A program made the translations under genes and the position numbers. From an uncultured Clostridium sp. (lineage in GTDB: Bacteria > Bacillota > Clostridia > TANB77 > CAG-508): a stretch of DNA of 64,000 bases. Below are positions 29,913 through 38,953 of this stretch, in pieces; within the stretch, counting starts at the first letter, position 1, and each line of letters opens with the position of its first letter. The DNA lies in the NCBI GenBank assembly GCA_905213875.1, contig CAJMJN010000001.1, forward strand, positions 59,940 to 123,939. The letters are read 5' to 3'. A model generated the notes under the pieces. That model saw nothing but the letters and a program-made list of their open reading frames with translations. It did not search any database and had not been told where the DNA came from.

Positions 29913-30082
29913 ATTATAGGAAAGTGCTCATTTTGAACAAAAAACATAATAAGAAAAAAGGCATCAATAAAAGAAGCCTTCAAGAAAAAATAGACTCCTT
30001 TAAGGGGTAGTGACTGACAATTGTAAAAGTCAGTCGCAAAGGCCACTTCAGTGGTAGCCAGTAGAGAAGCCTTTTAGGCGTA

Positions 30083-30110
30083 AAGGAAAAACCACCAGCT
30101 AAGCTGGTGG
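30083..30110 (-). terminator. Terminator downstream of tRNA-Cys
   Basis: On the minus strand: CCACCAGC-TTA-GCTGGTGG followed by TTTTTCC. Confidence 0.6.
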
Positions 30111-30122
30111 AAATTTATTACA

Positions 30123-30137
30123 TTATTGGAGGCGACA
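30123..30137. repeat. 15-bp direct repeat TTATTGGAGGCGACA, proximal copy that overlaps the tRNA-Cys 3' end
   Basis: See 27103-27117. Confidence 0.5.
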
Positions 30138-30200
30138 CCCGGATTCGAACCGGGGATCGAGATTTTGCAGACCTGTGCCTTACCACTTGGCTATGTCGCC
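30127..30200 (-). tRNA. tRNA-Cys (anticodon GCA)
   Basis: Manual fold: acceptor stem GGCGACA/TGTCGCC, anticodon loop CUGCAAA, T-arm CCCGG-TTCGAAT-CCGGG, CCA encoded. One C-C mismatch at the base of the anticodon stem. Confidence 0.75.
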
Positions 30201-30233
30201 ATAATTTTATTTACTTATAGAGTATATATTTTT

Positions 30234-30308
30234 TGGAGCAGGTAACGAGAATCGGACTCGTGACTAAACCTTGGCAAGGTCTCGTTTTACCACTAAACTA
30301 TACCTGCA
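30234..30308 (-). tRNA. tRNA-Gly (anticodon GCC)
   Basis: Acceptor stem GCAGGTA/TACCTGC, anticodon loop UUGCCAA, T-arm ACGAG-TCCGATT-CTCGT, CCA encoded. Confidence 0.85.
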
Positions 30309-30505
30309 TATTTCAGATTTTAACCTTCGCCTTGCCAAGGTTATTTTTTCTGATAAATATTATTTTTTAATTCTTTTATATACTATGCACTAGCATTTAA
30401 AATAATACCAAAAATCCACCATATTGTCAAGTATTATGGTGGATTTTCTTGTAAATCCTAAGTAAAATTCCCTTTTATATTTATAAGTATTTTCAATTCT
30501 AATAT

Positions 30506-32566
30506 TTATTCTTTTTTACTACTTTTTGTTTTTCTTTTAGTTGTTTTCTTCTTTTTAGCTGATTCTTCTTTATTTTCTTCTGGTTTCCACTTTTCTCCTG
30601 GTTTTGGCTTATTCCAAGAAATAAAATCGCAAGTTTTAGGATTGTTTTCACAAATATAGTATTTTTTATTTCTTTTTGTTTTTCTTACTTGTACTTCCCC
30701 TCCACATTTTGGACAAGGTACGTTAATTGTTTCAACAATTGCTTTTGTGTTTTTACATTCTGGATATCCTGGACAAGCTAAGAATTTTCCAAACCTTCCA
30801 TATTTATAAACCATCATTCTTCCACATTTATCACATTTTACATCAGATACTTCGTCTTTAATTTCAACATGTTCCAAGTTTTTTTCTGCCTCATCCAACT
30901 CTCCTTTAAATGGTCCATAAAAATCTCTTATCATTTGTTTCCATTCTTCTTTTCCCTCTGCAATATTATCAAATTGGCTTTCTATATCTGCTGTAAATTC
31001 CACATTTACAATGTCTTTAAAATTTTCTACTAACAATTTATTTACTATTCTTCCTAATTCTGTTGGAACCAATTGTTTTTGTTGTTTTTCTATATATCTT
31101 CTTTCCAAAATAGTCGTAATTGTTGGTGAATATGTACTTGGTCTTCCTATTCCTTTTTCCTCTAAAGCTTTTACTAAGCTTGCTTCTGTATATCTTGCAG
31201 GTGGCTCTGTAAAACTTTGTTTTGGATTTATTTTTATTTTTTCTACTTCTTGACCTTCTTTTAATTCTGGTAACATTCCAGCCTCTTGTTCTTCTTGGTC
31301 TGTTCCTTCTACATATAATACCATAAATCCTTTAAATTTAATGCTTTGGCCATTTGCTTTAAATGTGTAACCATCAGCATCTATTGTAACTGCCATTGTG
31401 TTATATATTGCTGATGACATTTGGCTTGCCATAAATCTATTATATATTAATTTATATAATTTATATTGATCTTTTGTTAATGAATCTTTTATTTGTTCTG
31501 GCTCTAGGTCTGCATATGTTGGTCTTATTGCTTCATGAGCATCTTGTGAATCTTTTTTTGCTTTATAATATCTATTTTCATAATATTGCTCTCCATAAGT
31601 ATTTACTATATGCTCTTTTGCTGCCTGTCTTGCTACTTCTGAGATTCTTGTTGAGTCTGTTCTCATATATGTAATTAAACCAACTGAACCTTTTTCTGGT
31701 ATTTTTACACCTTCATATAATCCTTGAGCTACTGACATTGTTTTCTTTAATGTGAATCCTAATTTTCTAGAAGCTTCTTGTTGCATTGTACTTGTTGTAA
31801 ATGGTGGAGCTGCATTTCTCTTTTTCTCTCCTTTTTTTACTTCTTTTATAACATATTTTGCTTTTTCAATGTCTTCTAAAATTTTGTCAATTTCTTCTTT
31901 ACTGTGTATTTCTATTTTTTTGTTGTTTTTCCCATAAAATCTAGCTTCAAATTGTTTTTTGCTTTCTTTATCTTTTAAATCTGCATATATATTCCAATAT
32001 TCTTCTGGAACAAATTTTTCAATTTCTTCTTCTCTTTCAACTATTAGCTTTACTGCTACTGATTGAACACGTCCTGCAGATAATCCTCTTTTTACCTTTT
32101 TCCATAAAAGCGGACTTATTTGATATCCCACAATTCTGTCTAATACACGTCTTGCTTGTTGTGCATCTACTACATTTAAATCAATATTTCTTGGTTCTTT
32201 TATTGCTTTTTGCACAGCACCTTTAGTAATTTCGTTAAATGTTACTCTTACTATTTTATCATGTTCTTCTTTTAATATATAATCCAAATGCCATGCTATT
32301 GCTTCTCCCTCACGGTCAGGGTCAGTTGCAAGATAAATTTTCTTTGCATTTTTTGCATCTTTTTTTAGTGCTTTTATTAAATCTCCCTTTCCACGTATAT
32401 TTATATATTCTGGTTCAAAATCGTTTTCTAAATCTACACCTAATTTTGATTTAGGTAAATCTCTTATATGTCCCATTGAGGCAACTACTTTTGTACTTCC
32501 TCCTAAGAATTTTTTAATAGTGTTAGCTTTTGCTGGTGATTCCACTATTATTAACTTGTCTGCCAT
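30506..32566 (-). CDS. topA: DNA topoisomerase I
   Basis: MADKLIIVESPAKANTIKKFLG Toprim N-terminus, active-site Tyr region and C-terminal C4 zinc ribbons. Confidence 0.9.
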   Translation of the reverse strand: MADKLIIVESPAKANTIKKFLGGSTKVVASMGHIRDLPKSKLGVDLENDFEPEYINIRGKGDLIKALKKDAKNAKKIYLATDPDREGEAIAWHLDYILKEEHDKIVRVTFNEITKGAVQKAIKEPRNIDLNVVDAQQARRVLDRIVGYQISPLLWKKVKRGLSAGRVQSVAVKLIVEREEEIEKFVPEEYWNIYADLKDKESKKQFEARFYGKNNKKIEIHSKEEIDKILEDIEKAKYVIKEVKKGEKKRNAAPPFTTSTMQQEASRKLGFTLKKTMSVAQGLYEGVKIPEKGSVGLITYMRTDSTRISEVARQAAKEHIVNTYGEQYYENRYYKAKKDSQDAHEAIRPTYADLEPEQIKDSLTKDQYKLYKLIYNRFMASQMSSAIYNTMAVTIDADGYTFKANGQSIKFKGFMVLYVEGTDQEEQEAGMLPELKEGQEVEKIKINPKQSFTEPPARYTEASLVKALEEKGIGRPSTYSPTITTILERRYIEKQQKQLVPTELGRIVNKLLVENFKDIVNVEFTADIESQFDNIAEGKEEWKQMIRDFYGPFKGELDEAEKNLEHVEIKDEVSDVKCDKCGRMMVYKYGRFGKFLACPGYPECKNTKAIVETINVPCPKCGGEVQVRKTKRNKKYYICENNPKTCDFISWNKPKPGEKWKPEENKEESAKKKKTTKRKTKSSKKE

Positions 32567-32686
32567 ATACTCCTCCTTGTTTCTCCTTTTATTTACTATA
32601 TGTTATTCTAGCTTAATTTACTATATTTTGCAAGTTTTTGGCTTATTTTCCTCTATTTTATATTATTTCTTACATTCTAATTTAGA

Positions 32687-33070
32687 TTAAAAATATTTTT
32701 GATCTTGTAAAAGATCTTGCATTATATCTTGTACTCCAATTGGTGTTACTTCATTTCTTTTTAATACTTCCAAAATTTGATTGGTTTTTTCTTCATTATC
32801 TGATAAATGTTTAATTTCCTTATTCTCAGTTTTAATATCATCCTTTATATATTCAGTTTTTACTATTTTTATTCCATATTTAGCATTATCTTTATTTATA
32901 AATTCATCTTCATTTATAATTTTATAATATTCTAATTTTATTGGATTTACTATTCCAGCTTCTTCTAAATTTTCCTTTTTTATAAATGTTCCTCCAAAAA
33001 ATATATTCATATGTACCAACATCTCACTTTCGTTTTCTTTTGTAATTTTTCTTATTATAATACTACTCAT
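32687..33070 (-). CDS. Hypothetical protein
   Basis: Open reading frame with a plausible start. No recognisable motifs. Confidence 0.4.
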   Translation of the reverse strand: MSSIIIRKITKENESEMLVHMNIFFGGTFIKKENLEEAGIVNPIKLEYYKIINEDEFINKDNAKYGIKIVKTEYIKDDIKTENKEIKHLSDNEEKTNQILEVLKRNEVTPIGVQDIMQDLLQDQKYF

Positions 33071-33248
33071 TCACATTATTTTCAAGCTATTTTCGTCGCA
33101 ACATTCTACATATTTCGATGGATTTTTTAATTTTATAGTTTTATAATATATATTAATAATTAATTATTTTTTATTTTCCCTTATTTATATATATATAATG
33201 AAAATAGTAGTAATTTTAGTTACTACTATTTTTCTTATTAATTTTCTT

Positions 33249-34175
33249 TTATATTTCTTGGCTTTCTACTTGGTTTTTGCTTACTTCTTCCACATTATTA
33301 TTTTCTTTTAACGTTTTATATAGTTCCACTGATGTTGCTATTTTATATGGATTTACATATAGAATATCTAGTAATCCAAAAGTTACTGTTGATAATATTT
33401 CCCATAATATAAATGATAAATCTAATATAAATGTTTTCCATTTATTTCCCTTCATCATTTGTTTTGATCTTGCAAATGCTTCTTTTTTGTTCATATCAGG
33501 ATTTTCTGCTAATAAATAAGGTATCATTCTATATTCATATGTTTTTATTATTCCTCCTATAATTGTCAAATACCATAAAAAATTATAAAAATTTTTGAAG
33601 AACATTATTACTGCTACATTACTCCAGTTTTTTCTTTTAAAAATCTCCTTCATGACTCCCATTTTAGTATTTTCCTTTTCACTTGCAATTATAAAATATC
33701 TTCTTTCTGCAACTAATAATGGTTCTGCTAATAAAATTATATATAAAATTGCAATTATTGCAATAAGTACATATGCTATTCCTAATAAATTTTGATTCAT
33801 TATAAATAATTCAATTGCGTCCCAAATTTTGTATATATATTTTTGAGATTTTGTAAGACTATTTAAATTAGATGTAATTGTATTTACCATTTTTAATTGA
33901 TTTTCTGTTAAGTTTTTTGTTATTTCTTCAATTTTTTCTTGTTTTTCTTGAATTTCTGCTATATTATCTTTTGAAATTTCATTTTCTATTAAGTATTGAT
34001 TTTGAGTTATTACATAATCTGGTAAAACAGAATCCCCACTTTGCCAAATTCCTGTTATAGAATTACCATATTCTCCTGTTAATATTGTTATTACAAAACA
34101 TAATACTACTGCTGTCCAATAATTATTTTTGACTGTTTTTTTAGCTTTATCTTTTAAATTTTTTCTTTTCCACAT
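33249..34175 (-). CDS. Integral membrane protein, possibly DUF975-like
   Basis: Several transmembrane helices separated by a coiled/charged loop. Family assignment is tentative. Confidence 0.4.
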   Translation of the reverse strand: MWKRKNLKDKAKKTVKNNYWTAVVLCFVITILTGEYGNSITGIWQSGDSVLPDYVITQNQYLIENEISKDNIAEIQEKQEKIEEITKNLTENQLKMVNTITSNLNSLTKSQKYIYKIWDAIELFIMNQNLLGIAYVLIAIIAILYIILLAEPLLVAERRYFIIASEKENTKMGVMKEIFKRKNWSNVAVIMFFKNFYNFLWYLTIIGGIIKTYEYRMIPYLLAENPDMNKKEAFARSKQMMKGNKWKTFILDLSFILWEILSTVTFGLLDILYVNPYKIATSVELYKTLKENNNVEEVSKNQVESQEI

Positions 34176-34239
34176 TATTAATTCTCCTAATAATTTATTA
34201 TCATTTGATAATACAATTATTATAAACTATCAATATTAT

Positions 34240-34791
34240 TTAAGCAAGTAATTTCTTGTATTCTTTATAATTTGGCATGTTTTTTTCTACTAGATTCCAG
34301 AAATTCTTAGAATGGTTCATATATATTAAGTGACACATTTCGTGTAACACAACATACTCTACTGCTTTTTCATTTTTATTAGCTAATTTGCTATTTATTG
34401 AAATATTTTTATTGCTAGAGCAACTTCCCCAAGCATAATTTAATGGCTTTATTCTTACTTTTTCAGGTGTTACTTTTAATATTGTTGAATATTTTTTTAT
34501 ATATTTTTCTACCAATATCACTAAGTTTTCTATATCTTCTTTAGAGATATTTTCATTACTTTCTTTTTCTATATTTTCTTGGTTTTCTTTTAATTTTATA
34601 AATATCCATTTTTTCTTTTTTTCAATAAATTCTGTTATTTTTTCTTCTTTTAGTCTAAGTGGTGATTTTACCAATACTTTTCCATTTTTTATGTGTATAT
34701 ATAAATTTTTTATTTTATCTCTTTTTAAAATATATTGTATTTTTTCTCCATTGTAGTCTATTTCCTTTATACTTTCTTCTACTTGTCTCAT
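34240..34791 (-). CDS. YgjP-like zinc metallopeptidase (M48/DUF45, SprT-like)
   Basis: HEMCHLIYMNHSKNFW matches the HExxH...NHSxxFW motif of DUF45. Confidence 0.65.
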   Translation of the reverse strand: MRQVEESIKEIDYNGEKIQYILKRDKIKNLYIHIKNGKVLVKSPLRLKEEKITEFIEKKKKWIFIKLKENQENIEKESNENISKEDIENLVILVEKYIKKYSTILKVTPEKVRIKPLNYAWGSCSSNKNISINSKLANKNEKAVEYVVLHEMCHLIYMNHSKNFWNLVEKNMPNYKEYKKLLA

Positions 34792-34812
34792 TGCTTTATA
34801 TCCTTTATTTTT

Positions 34813-36081
34813 TTATTTAAACTTTATCTTTGTATTCATTTTGCCTGCTCTAGTTACTGTATTATAGCCATATTTGTTTTTTAAGTCATCTATTACTTTA
34901 TCTAAATTTTCTTGTTTTTTATTTTCATTTGTCGAGAATAATGACATTTGCATATTTTCTTTTTCAACTAAATTATCTACTCTTAATCCAATAAGTCTAA
35001 TTGCCATTGGTTTATGAAACATCTGAACTAATAGTTCTTTTGCTTTTGCATAAATTTCTTTTGTTGATGACGTAGGTGCAAGTAATTTTTGTTGATGTGA
35101 TTTGTCTTCAAAGTCTTTTGTTCTTAATTGCACACTTACTGTATTTGCTAGTAAATCATATTTTCTCAATCTATATGTGACTTGTTCTGCTAATGCTAAT
35201 AATATTTCTTCTAATTTTTCTATTTCTCTTGCATTTTCTGGTAATGTTATTGAATTTCCAATTCCCTTTGGTTTTTCTTTTTGATAATGTACTTCTGAGT
35301 TATCTATTCCATTTGCATATTCCCACATTTGAATCCCATGTTTTCCAAACTTTTTGCTTATCAATCTTTGGTCACATTTTGCCAATTCTCCTATTGTTTT
35401 TATTTGCATATTATACAATTTAGGGACTGTTTTTTTGCCCAACATAAATAATTCAGATACTGGTAATGTCCACATTTTTGTTTTTATTTCATTTTCAAAC
35501 AATGTGTGTACTCTATCTGGCTTTGTAAAGTCTGATGCCATTTTTGCTAAAAGTTTGTTATGTGCAACACCAACATTAACAGTAAAACCAAGCTCTTCTT
35601 TTACTCTTCTATTTATTTCTTTTCCTTTATTTAATAATGTATCTTTCATTAAATATTCTGTCATATCTAAAAAACATTCATCTATGCTAAATCTCTCGAT
35701 TTTGTCTGTATATTGTAATAATAAATTATATAATTCTTCTGAATATTTTTTATATATTTTAAAATCTGATTGAAATATTTGTATATTAGGACATTTTATT
35801 CTTGCTTGATATATTGTGTCTGCTGTTTTTATTCCACATTCTTTTGCTTTCATACTTTTAGCTAACACTATACCTGACCTTTTAGTTTCATCTCCACCTA
35901 TTATTGCAGGTATTTCTCTTATATCTACTTTGCTTCCATTTTTTAGCATTTCTACTGCTGTCCAACTTAAAAATGCATTATTAACATCTACGTGTAATAT
36001 TTGTCTTTCCATAATATCACCGCTTTCATTATAGAATGTTTGTTCGTTTTTGTCAACTTTTTTAACAAATTTGTTATACAT
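34813..36081 (-). CDS. dinB: DNA polymerase IV (Y-family)
   Basis: ILHVDVNNAFLSWTAV...IGGDETKRSGIVLAKS and a little-finger domain at the C-terminus. Confidence 0.8.
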   Translation of the reverse strand: MYNKFVKKVDKNEQTFYNESGDIMERQILHVDVNNAFLSWTAVEMLKNGSKVDIREIPAIIGGDETKRSGIVLAKSMKAKECGIKTADTIYQARIKCPNIQIFQSDFKIYKKYSEELYNLLLQYTDKIERFSIDECFLDMTEYLMKDTLLNKGKEINRRVKEELGFTVNVGVAHNKLLAKMASDFTKPDRVHTLFENEIKTKMWTLPVSELFMLGKKTVPKLYNMQIKTIGELAKCDQRLISKKFGKHGIQMWEYANGIDNSEVHYQKEKPKGIGNSITLPENAREIEKLEEILLALAEQVTYRLRKYDLLANTVSVQLRTKDFEDKSHQQKLLAPTSSTKEIYAKAKELLVQMFHKPMAIRLIGLRVDNLVEKENMQMSLFSTNENKKQENLDKVIDDLKNKYGYNTVTRAGKMNTKIKFK

Positions 36082-36165
36082 TTTTTAGTAGTTTCATTGT
36101 GCAATTTTAAGCAATTTTGTTGTGCAAATTTCAGTGCAATATAATAAAAACTCTGCTAGTTTTTT

Positions 36166-37038
36166 CTAAGCAGAGCCTTGTATTTTTCTTTTTTGAACTT
36201 TATATGTTATTTTTGCAACAAAATTTGATGGTGCTATTTTCGCTCCAAATCTTGCTAGTTTTACATCAATTCCAGGTACTATATAAAACTTACCTTTTTC
36301 TAATTTTCTAATTGCATATTTTGCAACCTGCATACTATTAGCCTCTCTTAAGCTAAATTTTACATTTGCAACTTTGTTAAAATTTGTTTCTACTGGTCCT
36401 GGACATAATATGCTTATTTGTACTTTTGATTTTTCCTTTTTTAATTCTTCTCTTATTGCCTCTGATATCCTAACAATATAATTTTTTGTAGCATAATATG
36501 TTGCCATTAATGGGCCTGGCATAAATCCTGCTATTGATGCTACATTTAATATTTTTCCGCTATTTTTCTTTTTCATTTCTTTTAAATATAATTTAGTTAA
36601 AATATGGTATGCAATTACATTTGTTTTTATCATTGAAATATCTTTGTTTAAATCTGTTTCACTAAATCTTCCACAATCTCCAAAGCCTGCATTATTAATT
36701 AGTATATCAATATCTTTTACTTTATTTGCTAATTCTATGCAATTTTGTTCTTCACTTAAATCCATTTGAATTATTTCAATTTTGTTGGTTGCTTTTTTGC
36801 TATTTTTATATGCTTTTTCTATTTTGTTGGTTGCTTTTTTGCTATTTTTATATGCTTTTTCTATTTTATTATTTTCAATTGTTGGTTCGTTTTGAACTGA
36901 TTTTTCCAACTCTTTTTTGGTTTGTTCTAATTTTTCTATGTCTCTTGCTACTAATACTAAATTATATCCTTTTTGATTTAGTATTTTTGCCATATCTTTT
37001 CCTATTCCAGAAGATGCTCCTGTTATTAAAGCTTTCAT
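36166..37038 (-). CDS. SDR family oxidoreductase with an inserted lysine-rich segment that contains an in-frame 42-bp tandem duplication
   Basis: TGASSGIGKD Rossmann motif and YxxxK. The insertion reads NKIEKAYKNSKKATNKIEKAYKNSKKATNKIE. Confidence 0.8.
   Translation of the reverse strand: MKALITGASSGIGKDMAKILNQKGYNLVLVARDIEKLEQTKKELEKSVQNEPTIENNKIEKAYKNSKKATNKIEKAYKNSKKATNKIEIIQMDLSEEQNCIELANKVKDIDILINNAGFGDCGRFSETDLNKDISMIKTNVIAYHILTKLYLKEMKKKNSGKILNVASIAGFMPGPLMATYYATKNYIVRISEAIREELKKEKSKVQISILCPGPVETNFNKVANVKFSLREANSMQVAKYAIRKLEKGKFYIVPGIDVKLARFGAKIAPSNFVAKITYKVQKRKIQGSA
36786..36869. repeat. Perfect 42-bp tandem duplication (two copies) inside the SDR gene
   Basis: GTTGGTTGCTTTTTTGCTATTTTTATATGCTTTTTCTATTTT occurs twice in direct succession. 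Confidence 0.8.
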
Positions 37039-37058
37039 AAAAAATTCTTTCCCTTCTT

Positions 37059-38117
37059 TTAACCAATAATTTTCCCTCCACCTAAAACAATGTCGCCTAT
37101 GTAAAATACTGCAGATTGACCTGGTGTAATTCTAGCCACTGGTTCTTCAAAAGTTACTTTTATTGTGTTCTTATCTTGCATTTCTATTGTTGCATTTTCT
37201 TCTTTGCTTGAATATCTAGTTTTTACTGATACTTTAATTGGTTCTTTTATTTCGTCTACTAATAATAAATTTATATCATTTACTAGCATTTCTGTTTTAT
37301 ATATATCAGCTTTTGTTCCAACAATTAGTTCATTTTTTGCTTTATTAAATCCTATTACAAAAAGTGGTTCTTTATAGCTTATTCCAAGTCCTTTTCTTTG
37401 ACCTATAGTGTAATGATATAAGCCATTATGTTTTCCTAATATTGTTCCATCTTTTGTAACAATATTTCCTTCTTTAGGTTTTAGAGTTGAATTTGTTTCT
37501 AGAAATTTTGCATAATCACCATCTGGAACAAAGCATATATCTTCACTGTCTGGCTTGTTTGCAACTTTTAAATTGTTTTCTCTTGCTATTTCTCTTATTT
37601 CATCTTTACTTTCAAAATTAGCAAGTGGAAAAACTACATGGCTTATTAAATCTTTAGGAATATTCCATAATACATAACTTTGGTCTTTTTTTCCTGCATT
37701 TGATTTTTTTAATACCCATCTTCTATATTCTTCACTATATTCTGTTTTTGCATAATGACCTGTTGCTATATATTCACATCCTAGTTCTTTTGCTTTTTCC
37801 CACATATATCCAAACTTCATATATTTATTACATTCAATACAAGGGTTTGGGGTTTTACAATTTGCATAACAATTTATAAAATCTTTTATAACATATTTTG
37901 CAAATTGTGGCTTACAATCATCTGTAAAGTGTGGCATTCCTATTGAATTACACACATTTTTTGCATCTATATATGTATTTATATTACAGCAACTACTTCC
38001 TGCAAATAGTTCTAATGTTATTCCTATTGGTTCATATCCTTGCTGTTTTAAAAGCAATGCAGATACTGAGCTGTCAACTCCTCCACTCATTCCTAATAAT
38101 ACTTTTTTATTTTCCAT
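37059..38117 (-). CDS. mnmA: tRNA 2-thiouridine(34) synthase MnmA
   Basis: PP-loop LLGMSGGVDSSV and conserved cysteines. 352 aa. Confidence 0.85.
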   Translation of the reverse strand: MENKKVLLGMSGGVDSSVSALLLKQQGYEPIGITLELFAGSSCCNINTYIDAKNVCNSIGMPHFTDDCKPQFAKYVIKDFINCYANCKTPNPCIECNKYMKFGYMWEKAKELGCEYIATGHYAKTEYSEEYRRWVLKKSNAGKKDQSYVLWNIPKDLISHVVFPLANFESKDEIREIARENNLKVANKPDSEDICFVPDGDYAKFLETNSTLKPKEGNIVTKDGTILGKHNGLYHYTIGQRKGLGISYKEPLFVIGFNKAKNELIVGTKADIYKTEMLVNDINLLLVDEIKEPIKVSVKTRYSSKEENATIEMQDKNTIKVTFEEPVARITPGQSAVFYIGDIVLGGGKIIG

Positions 38118-38258
38118 TTATTGGCCCTCTCTTAACTTCATATCTTTAGTTGGAAAAGAATTAAATTTTGGCAAGGAAAGTTTTATTTAAAAGGCAAAGG
38201 CGCATACATTTGTATGTAACTGCGTTTTAAATGAAATTTGACATAGCCAAAATTGTAA

Positions 38259-38705
38259 TTATTTTTCAACACTGTTACTCTTGTCTAAAATATCCTCCAT
38301 AGTATGCCAAGCAAGCAACGCACACTTCACCCTAGCTGGCATATTTGCAATATTTCTAAAAGCAATTGCATCTTCCAATTTTTCTAATTCTTTTTCATCT
38401 GTTATTTCCCTTTTTATCATTTCTATAAAAGTTTCTATTATCTCTTTCGCTTGTTCAATTGTTTTTCCTCTTAGAGTATCAATCATAATAGAAGTAGATG
38501 CTTGAGAAATAGCACAACCATGACCAGTAAATGCCATATCTTCTATTACATCTCCATCTAGTTTTAATTCTATTGATATTTCGTCTCCACAATTAGGATT
38601 ATGCCCTAATTCGCAATAATCTGCATCATCTAGCTTTTTCTTGTTATATGAATTCATACTATGTTCCATAATTAAATCATTATATACTTCTTCTAAATTA
38701 TCCAT
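38259..38705 (-). CDS. sufU: Fe-S cluster assembly scaffold SufU/IscU-like
   Basis: NPNCGDE...GHGCAISQAS...C pattern. Sits in the suf operon. Confidence 0.75.
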   Translation of the reverse strand: MDNLEEVYNDLIMEHSMNSYNKKKLDDADYCELGHNPNCGDEISIELKLDGDVIEDMAFTGHGCAISQASTSIMIDTLRGKTIEQAKEIIETFIEMIKREITDEKELEKLEDAIAFRNIANMPARVKCALLAWHTMEDILDKSNSVEK

Positions 38706-38740
38706 TTTGAATTCCTCTCTCTATTTATTTAGTATTAACT

Positions 38741-38911
38741 TACAGATATAATTTTATATGAAATGACGAATGTGCATGAAAAAGCTTTAAAAATTCTTAT
38801 GTAATTTTATGGAAAGAGTTCTTTTTTAATTGAAGGGTGCCATAAAATAAATTAGAATTTTTTAAGATTTGCAGTAATCCGAGGAATGTAATAAAAAATT
38901 TATATCTGTAC
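38741..38911 (-). repeat. MITE-like intergenic element, copy C, in minus orientation and inserted between sufS and sufU
   Basis: The reverse complement matches copies A and B (TTACATTCCTCGGATTA...AACTCTTTCCATAAAA...GCACATTCGTCATT). Terminal inverted repeats TACAGATATAATTTT / AAAATTTATATCTGTA. Confidence 0.6.
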
Positions 38912-38953
38912 GTTGCAACAACTGTGAAATGATTTTTTGCTCCGTCCCCAAAA

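Noticed and set aside
30309-30350. Hairpin AACCTTCGCCTTGCCAAGGTT upstream of tRNA-Gly as an independent element
   Set aside because: A single short hairpin in the tRNA leader; most likely a processing or leader structure. Not enough evidence to call a feature.
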